A stretch of DNA of 64,000 nucleotides from Klebsormidium nitens (lineage: Eukaryota; Plantae; Klebsormidiophyceae): contig DF237218.1 of the NCBI GenBank assembly GCA_000708835.1, positions 1-64,000 of the forward strand, written 5' to 3'. Shown here one piece after another: positions 24,301 to 35,188 of this stretch. The position numbers were made by a program, and so were the translations under genes. The notes under the pieces are model-generated. The model had not been told where the DNA came from, searched no databases, and saw only the letters and a program-made list of their open reading frames with translations. Numbering within the stretch: the first letter of the stretch is position 1; each line of letters starts with the position of its first letter.

Positions 24301-27300
24301 ATGTCCAATACTACGAGATTTGAGAGCAGATTGTTTTCGGAAGTCATGAAGGCTGAATTCAGCTCTGAGGTCTCCAAATTGACACATTAAGTCTGAACCC
24401 TTCGAGGCTCCGAAGCGTCTGGCCAAAGCGTTTGTCGAACTACTGCAGTTAGACTTAAGTCTATGAAGGCTCAAAGGGCCTAATGGTTTGGAAACTGAGG
24501 GATTTAAGCGGCGCTCACTGGCGGCGCGCGGCGTGTTTTCGCGGCTGGTGATGGGCGCGAGCGGCTCGAGGGAGTTGCGGCGGCTGCGCTGCGAGGGGGT
24601 GGGCAGGGCGACCACTGGAGCGGACAGCGGCGGAGTGCTGCCGCCGGAACCGGAACCGCTGTCGGAACGGACCACAATCCAGCCTGCAAAGTGGACAGCA
24701 AGAAAGAGCCTTTCTAGGATAGGTATCTAGATGCAGAAGAATATTTTGAAGCGGAAAAGAGCTGCACATACGGAGTCAGGTCTTGTCATGCCCCACTCTC
24801 GTGCGAAAGCTTCGATATCGGGGCGTGAAGAACGTATAAGGTGCTGATGACACGTTGCCAGAGGCTTCGCGAAAGTGGGTGGGCAAAAGGAAACGAAGAT
24901 GGATACAGACAATACGAAGCAACGGCTTGACTTGTTGATAAGTGGCGGCGCGTTAATCAGTTTCACGTCCATCCCCCTCGGATAAGAATTGCTTTTCAGT
25001 TTCTGGATGGCAATCTGGCCATCGACCTATTTATCAGTGTCTCAACGCAGACAAGAATTGCTTCTAAGGGGACACGTGTCATCCTGCGCGCAAACAAACA
25101 CCAGCAGAAATCAAACTGAAAACTTGAGTACCACACGCGATACTCTGTTCGGAAGTCCGCTTACCAGCAGTTCTGGGCGGCGACAAGAACCCGTTCATCC
25201 AGCTCGCCTCCAACGCGGCCGCGGTCTCCTGCGCCGTCCCGTATTCCCCACCGCTCGACCGCCGCCTCTGACCGCCCCACTCCTCCGCGCCCGAAACCCT
25301 AAACCCTTCTCCCGCGCGCTCGCGGCTGCTGGGGCGCTTGGCTCCGGGACCCGCGTCGTTAGCGGTGCTAACCCTCTTTTCCGACCCGAAAACAGCCGCC
25401 CGTAAGCGCGAGCCGATCTCGCTCGACTCCCGCTTCTGCATGTGCTGTGGGCCGTCGATCGTGCTGTTGAGGCGGTCATCGGACGGCCGCCCGTAGCCCG
25501 CCCGCCCAACGACCTGGTCGCTCTGGGTGCGCGTCAAACCCCCGCCAACCCCCCCAAAGATCGCGGCCCTGACACGTGACGCCACGTCAGCATTGCCCTC
25601 CAACACTCCCGCGCTCTCTGCTCTCGGGCGCCGCTCCTCGTTGGGAAGCAGCGAACCTCTAGTCCTTCCCGGGCTGACGGGCAACGCGCTGGACGAAAGC
25701 GCACTCTCTAGACGGGTCGGATTTGGCTGGGGCTCCGCGAAGCGGCTAGGGGTACCCTTAAACGTTCCCGGCGGGCCCTGGGGACTGGTAGGCGTCCCGG
25801 AGATCTCTAGACGGCCGTCGACTCTTGGAAGCTTAGAGCTGCCTTTGGGCGACGAACCTTTTGGCGAGGTCACTTCGGGAAGCGTGACCGAGGGGCTTGG
25901 GAGGACGGACGTCGTGCTGGCACGTGTCCTCCCCGTATTGGCTATCCCCATGTCAAAGTCTGCTGCAATGCTCACCTCTTTGGCTCGCGGCGACCCATTT
26001 GCAGTGTTTCCTTCCCTAGTTCTGGGCGACCCGTTCATTGCAAAACTGGGGCTGATGGTCGCCTTCACGCTGGTCGGGCTCAGCGAGGACGGCCCTCGCA
26101 ACTTGCTCGTCAACTCCGTGTGGTCCAGCGCGTTCGTTCCGAACGTGGGGGTGTTTCTGCCCGAGTTTGGACCCCCCGAAGACGGGGACGGCGGCGAGCT
26201 TATGACGGGCAAGCTCGAGGGGACGGCGATTGAGAGCGGCTTCCCGCCGGGCGACGGCGGCCGCAGGGTTTTGAGGTTTGAGGGCACCATGGTCGGGAGC
26301 TCGACACGTGGCTTCTCGCCATTTGACCGGGAGGCGGAACCGGGTCTCGGCTGACCAGGCACAAACCCGGCCTGGTCAACATTTTCTGCGGGCGCCGCAG
26401 AAGAAGCCCCCGCCTCGGTAGCCGCTCTTCGCGCGCGCGGCGACGACTTGGGGCGCCCGTTTGGCGCGCTGGAACCTTCTAGCGGGGCGCCCCCGCTTGA
26501 GGAAGTGGGCAGGAGTCCTATAGCTTCTGCTTCGAGGTTCTCGGAGGAGCTGAGTGAGCGGCGCGGGGTGGGAGCGGGCGTGACAAACTCGTGCTGCAAC
26601 AGGCGCTTTGCCGACCAGCGCATCGCAGGGTCCCTGGGGGAACACAAAGAGGTTGGGAGGTTTAGAAAGAGGTTTGGAAAATGGATTCGTTCAGCTTTTC
26701 CAAAACTTGGAGAAGTAGAGTTGACAATATCTGGGTGGATATAATGAAGACGAGCAGATCAGAAGAACAAAGGCAGCAAAAAGAGTTGCCTCTTTCTTGT
26801 TTCAAGAAGCGAGAACAACAAGGAAGCATCAACCAGACCCGAAATCTGGTACTTGGACGCATTCTTCGATACGTTTTATGCAAGCAACAGCTCACTGACT
26901 ACCCACGCTATCCGTTCTGATCACCTTGCACACTTGAATCCATAAGTGCACCGATTATCGCAGGCAGCGCGTAAAGACATAAAGACGTAAAGACATGCGT
27001 TTGCAGACAGCCTGGAAGAGCCCGGCTTCAGATCCGCACTTCTGTATGCAGTGCGGAGGCAACGTCTTCCCGGTAGGCGACGGTACCTTTCTAACTCTTA
27101 CCACTTGAACGCAAGAATCATCAGATCAAAAACTCGAGGATTTCACTGGAACCAACTATTAAAGTACTGAAGTCAGACAGGCAACGACTACAGGGTAAAA
27201 CCAAAACAACACACCAATGATAAGACCACTCAAGTCTGCGAGCTCACCTCTGCATGCAGTGGGACAGAAAGTCCTTGCCAGCTGGCGAGAGCTCAGTTGG

Positions 27301-30300
27301 CGGTACTGGCGTGTCGTTGGAGCAGCCGATGTGGTACAGCACAACGAACGGGTTCGCGATCTCGCTCCAGGGGGGCTTGCCGCTCGCCATTTCGATCACG
27401 GTGCACCCCATTGACCAGATGTCAGAGGGAGTGCCCTGCCCGTTTTGTTGAATGACCTGTAGCAAAAGGGAATCATGTAATCAGCGCGGTTGAGTTGCAA
27501 ATTTCAAAACAAAGTGTTCGGCGACCTTTCAACCCGGCCTTCAAATGGAAAAAGACTCTCTTTCGTCCAACGGAATGGTTACTCTAAGGACGACCGCACC
27601 ATGGGTGCCACATTCGAACTAAGACGAAGAGCCAGAAAGACTAGTTTGCCCATTTCATTGCAAAACGTGTTGAGAAATATGTATGCTTTGTGTCTACAAC
27701 TCTCAAGAAGCAAGCCGGAAACCTTCCAGTCTTCTTCGAGATTTAGAACGATAATGGCAGTGCTGTCTTTTCTTTTCGCATGCAAAGCACCGAGAGCTCA
27801 ATCTGGAGTTCGACAGACCGCCACACATCTTCAAGAAGCTGTCCTCACAAAGCTCCTACCGAGCATAAGTGTCTCCGACAATGCGACGTCCCGTCGTCAG
27901 AAGGAACGATTGACGAGACTCTTCCTGCGTGACGTCATCTGATGACGCACCTCGGGCGCCATCCAGTAGGGCGTGCCGTGCAGGCTTTTGGCGGCCGCCT
28001 CGCCGCCGCTGCTCGCGAGCAGGCTCGCGATCTGTTTGGACGCGCCAAAGTCGGCGAGCTTGACGTTGCCCTGGCTGTCCACCAGAATGTTGCCGCCCTT
28101 GATGTCGCAGTGCACGATGTTGTGCCCGTGCAAGTACTCCAGCCCCTGCAAAACCAGGTAAGCTTATGAGTTGTTTTCACGATTTTACTTGGTTCTCATG
28201 AGATTGAAACGTGCTCCTTGCAAGTACTCTAAACCGTCTGAGCGAACACAAATGTCATGTTTCCAAATCCCGCAAGACAGTCGTGAATCTTGCGCAACTC
28301 CGAACTGCCGTTGAAGATTCTTGCGCACGTTCAAGCAGCTGCGCTTACCAGATTGTTGGGGTAAAGAGCCCCGTTGCAGATACCCTACTGAAGGAATGGT
28401 TACTAACTCTCCGCGGTAACGGCTAAGGTAAGGGAGGTCAACTGTAGATTGAAAAGCACAACTCGTGAAGAAAAAAGGACCTTACCAGCAGGATACTCCG
28501 CGTGTATCTCCGTATCGTGGGCTCTTCCAGGCGGCCCCCGAATCGTTTGATCAGATTCGCGATACTGCCTGCAAAGGGCAAATGATCGAACTCAGTCCGC
28601 GTAGACCTGGCCAGCACTAACAGCAGACATCGCTGAACCTTGAGCGCTCTGCAAACGCTTTCGCTGAAAGAGAACTTGACGAAAAACGAAAAAGATGTCG
28701 AGAATGGTTCCCCATGAGAAAGCGTCAAGGAAGTACGCTTTCAAATCGTGGGTTGGCGCCCAAACGACTGAAACGACAGAGCTCGAGAAGACAGACTTGC
28801 AGGACCACTGGAAACAGAGAACTTCTCACCTCCGGGCATGTATTCAAGAAAGATATTGAGGATGTTCTCCCCCGCTTCCGCCGTCCGTTCCGTTCCCAGG
28901 TACCCCACGATGTACGGCGACCAGAGCCCCCGCAGGAGCTCCAGCTCGTTCTCCAGAGCCGCCATCTCCTTTTCGCTGCGCGAGTGCCCGCTCGCAAACT
29001 CGATCTGCTTCACCGCAAACAGGTGCCCCGTGTCCTTGTTCAGCGCCAAATATACCTGAAATAGAGGCGTGAGAATTTAGTCCGCATCTAGTTTGTTCAG
29101 CGCCAAATACACCTAGAAATAGAAGCGCGACGAATCAATTTGTATCTTTCTTGTTCAGCGACAGATATACTTGGAAAGAGAGGCGTGGAGAATCAATCGC
29201 ATCTTATCTGCTAAGCCACAGTTACACCTGGGAAACGAGGGCGTGGAGGATCAGTCCGCATGTAATTTGTCCAGCGCCAAATACACCTGGAAACAAAGTC
29301 CTGGGGTGTCAGTACGCATACTCAAAGTTCGGCGCGCTATAAATGAGGGGACAGAAACGCGCGTCTTCGTTGGCGCCGAAGTGAGCGGCCTCAAAGAAAT
29401 GAGTTCTTTTGAGGACCAAGGTCGAAAGTGCGACTGGACATGATGACGTGGCAAGGTTTAGTACGAAATCTTGCTCTTGGCGTCTTCTTGACCAGTTGTT
29501 GATCGAGAAGGCCCCCCAAACCCCCGAACCTCGCCCCGCAGGTTCTTTCCACAGCATCCCCGGCTCCAGGGTCGGCCAGGCTCGAGACTACTCATCCCCT
29601 GCTAGATAGAATTGAGCTGCGCCTCTTCAGAGCAGAGATCGGCTCGTCTTGCTGATAGCCGTCCCAGTTCGTCTATCCCTTGCTTGATACTCTATAGTAG
29701 CAGCGACGTAATCTCACGGCCGCTGCCTGTGATCTATGGAAACGTCCCGTCAGAAGGTGTCTCATTTCTGGGACTGCCTAGCCAGGAAGCTTTGCGTGGA
29801 ATCAGCCACGTCCGATAAAAACCCAGGCGCCACCGTGTGATGCGCTCTGATGCCCCACTTCATGCTTTTTCAGCTGCTCACTTCCGTGCGAATCACTTTA
29901 AAGGTGTATCAAGCTTGAAAGTCCTTTGTAGCGTCACATCTGAGTGGCCTCATAAACGAGCCACCCTCAACACAATCCGGAACGACAGGTGGTTTCTCTT
30001 CTGAAAGTCCCAGACAAGAAGCCTTGCTTCATTCTGCCCACCTTGCCAAACGCGCCCGCCCCCAGCAGGTTCCCTTTGGCCCAGTTCTTGATGGGTGCTC
30101 GCACCGGCTTCTTTTCCTGCCCCTCGTCAGAATCGTACTCCTCGTTATCCTCCGAGTCCCGGTGCCGCCGCGTGCGCCTTAGCCGGCTCGGAGGGGGGTC
30201 CGGTTCAAGGGACGGTTTGACGCCGCTCTCAACACGGGCAACCGCTGCTCGGATTCGCTTCCGTTCCTGCAGCGGAATGGGGTAGGTGGGTGTGCATGGA

Positions 30301-32119
30301 ATGAGTGAACCTGGTGTGAAAGGTCTTTAGCAGATTGAATACCAGCAGTGGATGTTGGGCCCATGGCTGGGGCTGCTGTGGGCTTGCATGTGCGCAATTG
30401 ATCGTGCGGCCTGAGTACTTGAATCTGGCGACTTGCAGCGTCTAAGACAGATTCAGTGCCAGTAACATGCTACGAAAGAATGCGAGCACCGTCAGAAGGC
30501 AAAAGTTCGCTAGCAGCCAGGCTACGTTGCAGCTCCGGCCCCCTTGTTGACTTGACTTGCATAAGAGCTCCAATCAAGCAGATTTAAAGGGCGAAAGAGC
30601 AAACATTGACTTTTTTGAGCTCAGCACGACCGATGTCTGACAATGGAAAGTAGCAATCGTCGGCCCCGCAAATCACCCAAACAAGTTTGCATTGCAGCTG
30701 TCGCCGAGCTCCAATCGGCCGCACTGGTCATGATCATCCGTGAGCTTAAGCGTGTTCAAAGAGATCCTCTCTGGATCAGAACCTGATTTTGGGCCATCGG
30801 CGCCGGCGCCCACGGCCCGGAACTAGTCTGGGCCCGTCGGTGCAGCGTTCAAAGATAAGCTCAGGTATCCACACCCTAGGCAAACCTATATTCTCAAAGC
30901 TTTGAGTTCGCGAGCGATTTTCCAATGAAAACCTGGATGTTATATCGCTATTTCGAGAATCGATTCAAGCTGGGAGCTGATGAACCCACTACATCTACTT
31001 GTAGAGCAAGGCTGAAATGATACCTTTCCAACATATCTGACACAGAGAATCAGAATTAAGTCGCAAAGCAAAGTCGGTTGACCTGCTCAAAGCTGCGTCA
31101 TCGGGTCACCAACCGACTCGGGGTTATGCAACAAGCATACCAGACCTGTGAATTCTTGTGAGCAATTCTCAGTCACGGCAGCGTCTGGGAGTACGCTCAG
31201 GGTTAGATGCACAGCAGCAGAGTCAAATTGACAGGCGAGCATGCATCTTGCTCAACACCAAGCTCATTAAGAAATGCTGGGATGTCTGCAGGACGGTCTG
31301 GCAGCTCCCCCACACATTTAGATGTTCAGGTACTTTCCCTCACTAAAGATGACTTGATTCTTTAGAAAGAGCAACCGTGTTCTTCCAAGGAACAAAGCAC
31401 TAGCCTTGTCTCAATGCAGAACTACGACCAGATTTTTGCTGTGAATACATGCACAGTGAAGCTCAACAGCACCGACGAGATGTAACCGGATTGCCGCTTG
31501 CTGGTGGTCCAGGCATGTAGATGCTGTCTAGGACAATCGTGCTCGCATCCAAGACAAGCAACGCCGTTCATGAATGCACCCCTCACACTTTGTTTCTAAG
31601 AGGTACAGGCAGGGGATTAACAAACAGCGCACGAGAGTGTATCATGATCCACATCAGTGCACAACTGTGGCAGGGTCAGGGAATTGGCCAGCACTGGCTA
31701 GCGACAGTGTTTGGTGGCTCGTTACGTATTGTTGGAACTTGAAAGGGACGCAAGTATCATGCCCGCACCAGAATGCAGTCAAAGCGCATGCCAAGTGTCC
31801 GGCTTCCAGCTCCTCTATCTTCACAGAAAAACCAAGGGAGAAATCAAATGCTGTCCAGCAAAGTGGCATCCATTTCACACCCAGAAAAGTGAATGTAGCC
31901 GCTCACCTGCTCTGCAATCAACACCGCCAGGCTCTCCCTGGGCTCCCCGGGAGCCGTCATTGGCCTCGGTGTCAGCCCCGCCGCCCTTAAGATTTCTATC
32001 TTCATGTCGAGTGTTCCCTCCATGCCCCCCCCCTCCATTCCAGAGGCCCCAGAATCCCCCCTCCTGTGCTTTGTCCCCCCTCCGGCGGGGCGCCCGCTGG
32101 TCGATGGCTGGTTATCCAT
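18330..32119 (-). CDS. MEKK/NPK1-like MAP kinase kinase kinase with C-terminal WD40 beta-propeller, ~1696 aa
   Basis: Exons 32119-31907 (tentative first), 30266-30042, 29055-28830, 28568-28486, 28145-27951, 27456-27248, 26633-25165, 24683-24519, 24101-23883, 23615-23434, 23035-22260, 21961-21796, 21243-21061, 20564-20361, 19695-19483, 19096-18959, 18554-18330; all phases are compatible. Kinase motifs: [36 protein letters not shown]. Eight GH...WD-type repeats lie at the C-terminus. Confidence 0.85.
29036..29300 (-). repeat. Degenerate tandem repeat, ~58-bp unit x5, spanning an intron/exon junction
   Basis: TGTTCAGCGCCAAATA(T/C)ACCT(G/A)GAAA recurs at about 29037, 29093, 29151, 29209 and 29268 on the + strand. 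The first copy is the real acceptor of the kinase exon. Confidence 0.85.
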
Positions 32120-32144
32120 CTGACCGAGACGCTGACCACACGTC

Positions 32145-32238
32145 AAACCCTAATGCCGGAATGCAGAAGGAAGGCACTCATGTCCCATTGAACCTAGTCT
32201 CATCTTGTGACATCGGTGAAGTAAGGGTCCAAACCCTA
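32145..32238. promoter_or_regulatory. Two telo-box (AAACCCTA) motifs just upstream of the putative MAP3K start codon
   Basis: AAACCCTA at 32145-32152 and 32231-32238, about 26-120 nt upstream of the ATG at 32119. Telo-boxes are known TSS-proximal plant elements, which gives weak support for this first exon. Confidence 0.3.
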
Positions 32239-33863
32239 AATCTGACTGCTTGTACTTACTTTGCGGCGCCTTGCAAGAAATGCTTTGGGTGACTACTCCG
32301 CCTGGTTTTAAGGCAGCCAGCAAAACCCTACGTTCCAGTGATTCTGTTGTCAATTGCAAGAAAGCTTTTCAAGGCATGCTTTGCAACAACTTTCGAAGGG
32401 CAAGCACAGCGACATAGATCTCCTAACTCTTCGTACCTTTCACTGGACTTGTGAGCATACACCTCAAGTCCAGTTTACAGACCTCGGCTCTTGGAATTGT
32501 CCGCAGACAGAAAACCTTCTATCCCACAGCATTGTGGAGTTTGTTGCTGCTTCTTCAAATGCTGCCCTAAATCCTAAAGCTCAAAAGGACGCAGATCATA
32601 TGCGGCATCAAGAGCTGAGCCTCTCTTTGCAGAACGATGCACCCCTCCTCATACCTATCATGCTGTCAGCTTTCTGGTTCCTGATTGCAGCGGTGGAATT
32701 GTGCTGCTGCTGCCTAGGCTTGATTGCAGTGCAACTGGCAAGACACCGCGCATCCTCAGATCGTACATGGTCCAGGCGCTGCATTTATTGCGCGCACACC
32801 CGATTGCAAGATTATCCGTCAAGGGTTTGCACAGAAATCGAGTCAAGAAATTGAAACTCGAAATTGAGACTCCATTCTAAGATAATCTTGAAACTCTATT
32901 TTGTTTCGCAGCCACTACAGGCTCACAGGCTCTTGGGCGCAGCCTTCACGCGAAATAGTATGTCAGTGATGCACCTGTATGTGCGTCTCAGTGTCCTAGA
33001 CCTGATGTATGATCAGATGTGCGTACCTATCCTAGGCTGTTATACGTTTTTAATACTACGTAAGTACTGGCCCGGTTGACATCAGACTCCAAACAACGGG
33101 AGAACGGAGAGTCATAGTCCTTATGTGGGTGTAAGGACACACTGCCAGTAGTGGATTGGGCACCCAGCAGGCTGCAAAAGAAGGACCAACTCCCAAGGTA
33201 GGTAGTCTTATTTAGTCAATGTCGTGCTGCGTGCATAATTACAAATGCACGATCATGCATGCATGGTTTGTCCTCTTCCCCCTCACACAGCTGGTTCCAT
33301 TGTTGACCCGATGTTTTGAAGAAGAAGGACCGTCCATCTAAATCTTACAAGGTTTTGAACGGTTCGATGTCTCTGATTAAGCCCTGGTTAAGCAGCTTGA
33401 ATTTGACCCAGGTACAAGCAAGAGTTCAGAAGGAACTCCGGTTTCTAGACCGTGACAGCTGAAACCGGTCACACGTGATCACAAAACTGCTGGCGCACAC
33501 TGACAGCACTTGTGAGGCATCATGCATGTGGCATCCAGATTCCTTTAATGACGTCAGCAGGCTAGCCGGTCTCGGGTAAGTCCGCCCAAGTGCCAAGCGG
33601 TTGCGGGCCAATCAGGGCGCTCGGTTTAGCATCTTTGGAGCTCATGCAGGTGGAATCTCCTTCGGCCTGCCTAAAGAAGTAGATTCACCTGACCAGTCAG
33701 CCTTAGGCTTTGGGTCATTCACAGGGTTTCAGAACTTTCGCATTCGATCAACTCGGACTGCACGAATGCACCTTACGCATTCAAGTAGCCGTGAAAAGCG
33801 CTTGAGGAGCCTTTGAAATTCCAGAACCGCAGAACCTAAGGGAAGCGTCATTTTGAAGCTGTA

Positions 33864-34347
33864 CCCCCCGTAGTAACTGTTGAGCCCTTTTGAGTTGAGG
33901 ACCCTTGTCCCCCCCCTTTCCCAACTTGCCCCACTGGCTCAAGTCCCAAGTCCCCCCCCCATGCCTTTCGAGCCTTGGAAGGTTTCAAGTCCCCCTCCCA
34001 TATACAGGCTTGAAAAAGGCGAATTTCCTAGATGTATTGAGTATATTTGCCAGACTTCGATTGCACCGATCCTTACAGAGAGCTACTTGTAAGGTCTTTT
34101 TGACCATTTGGTGCAGAATTTGCCCATAAAACGCCCAAATCACACCCAGAATCCTACATTGGAACGAATCAAAAGGGATCAAAACGCCTAAATCTGCCCC
34201 TATGACCTTTCCATCTCGAGGCCTGCAAAGGCTCCCCCCCCATGTAGCTACGAGATTCTTCACAGGCTGCCGAGTCCCCCCCCCTTCATCACCCTAGGAT
34301 TCAATATTGGTCCAAGGTACCCCCCCCTTAACAGTTACTACGGGGGG
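33864..34347. mobile_element. MITE-like element, 484 bp, TA-flanked (Tc1/mariner-type)
   Basis: Perfect 21-bp inverted repeat: 33861-33881 GTACCCCCCGTAGTAACTGTT and 34330-34350 AACAGTTACTACGGGGGGTAC. TA lies at both ends and no transposase-like ORF is inside. Confidence 0.8.
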
Positions 34348-35188
34348 TACCGCTACAAAATGACCCTTCCCTAATAGTAAAAGATTTGCAGAGTGCTGGA
34401 GTACCTTTACTTATACAATACAGGAAGGATCGATTTCGAAATTCGGGGTTTTGCTACTAGCTATGGTACGAGACACCTTCGTTTCCAATGTGAATTGGTC
34501 CCGCAACTTGTGGCACCTCTGACAGGATTCCATATGCAGAGTGTGTTTCGATGTCAACATATATATTTAGGGCAGAATCCAGATGCCGCGCTGAAGATTC
34601 ACCAATTCTCAGATGCAGGTTGCAGATGCCAGATCCCTAGCGTGCATTCAGCTGCAGAGAGACGAATTGAATCCCAATTGATCGACCGTGTGGCGGCGTG
34701 GGCGAGTGCACACTGCAAAGACGACGCCAATGCTGGCACAAGACAGACAAGTCCGAGTTGGAAGTTTGGTACCGTGGCTTCAATTCTGATTGCTCTGTCC
34801 ATTGTCGACAAACTTTCACTGCTGGCCACCATGACACCACACAGGTCCCCGCTTCTCCCGGCATTTGCCAGAGATTGCGGACCATCTGCATTCGGCGCAC
34901 AGGAATATGTCCTGTGCATTTCCCTGGTCCGACATCTCAACCTTTCAGCTCATCTTTCATTCGAGGTCAACTACACCATTCACCTCAGTCCCTTCTTCAG
35001 CTCCTTGTTCGCTCATCTTGCCGGCGAACACAACCTTTTAGTAGACATAAGCATCACCCAGAGGGACTCAAACTTCGCCGCAGTCCTCTCCTCCACTCCA
35101 CCTCAGCTGCGCACCCAAGCGGTGGTGTGAATTGCCACCAAACCCTCACCACATTGCAAGGTTAGCTCTCCCAGAGCCTATTTGCACC

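Noticed and set aside
25527-26354. 275-aa plus-strand ORF (also 22560-23012 and 22300-22698)
   Set aside because: These are antisense shadows of GC-rich MAP3K linker exons.
29036-29300. CRISPR-like interpretation of the regularly spaced repeats (also 39026-39650)
   Set aside because: The sequence is eukaryotic, the units are whole-length degenerate tandem duplicates without unique spacers, they derive from exon junctions, and there are no cas genes.
34393-35130. 245-aa ORF between the MITE and the phosphatase gene
   Set aside because: It starts at GTG, has no recognisable motif or exon-like codon bias, and overlaps the expected promoter/5' region of the phosphatase. Probably a chance ORF.
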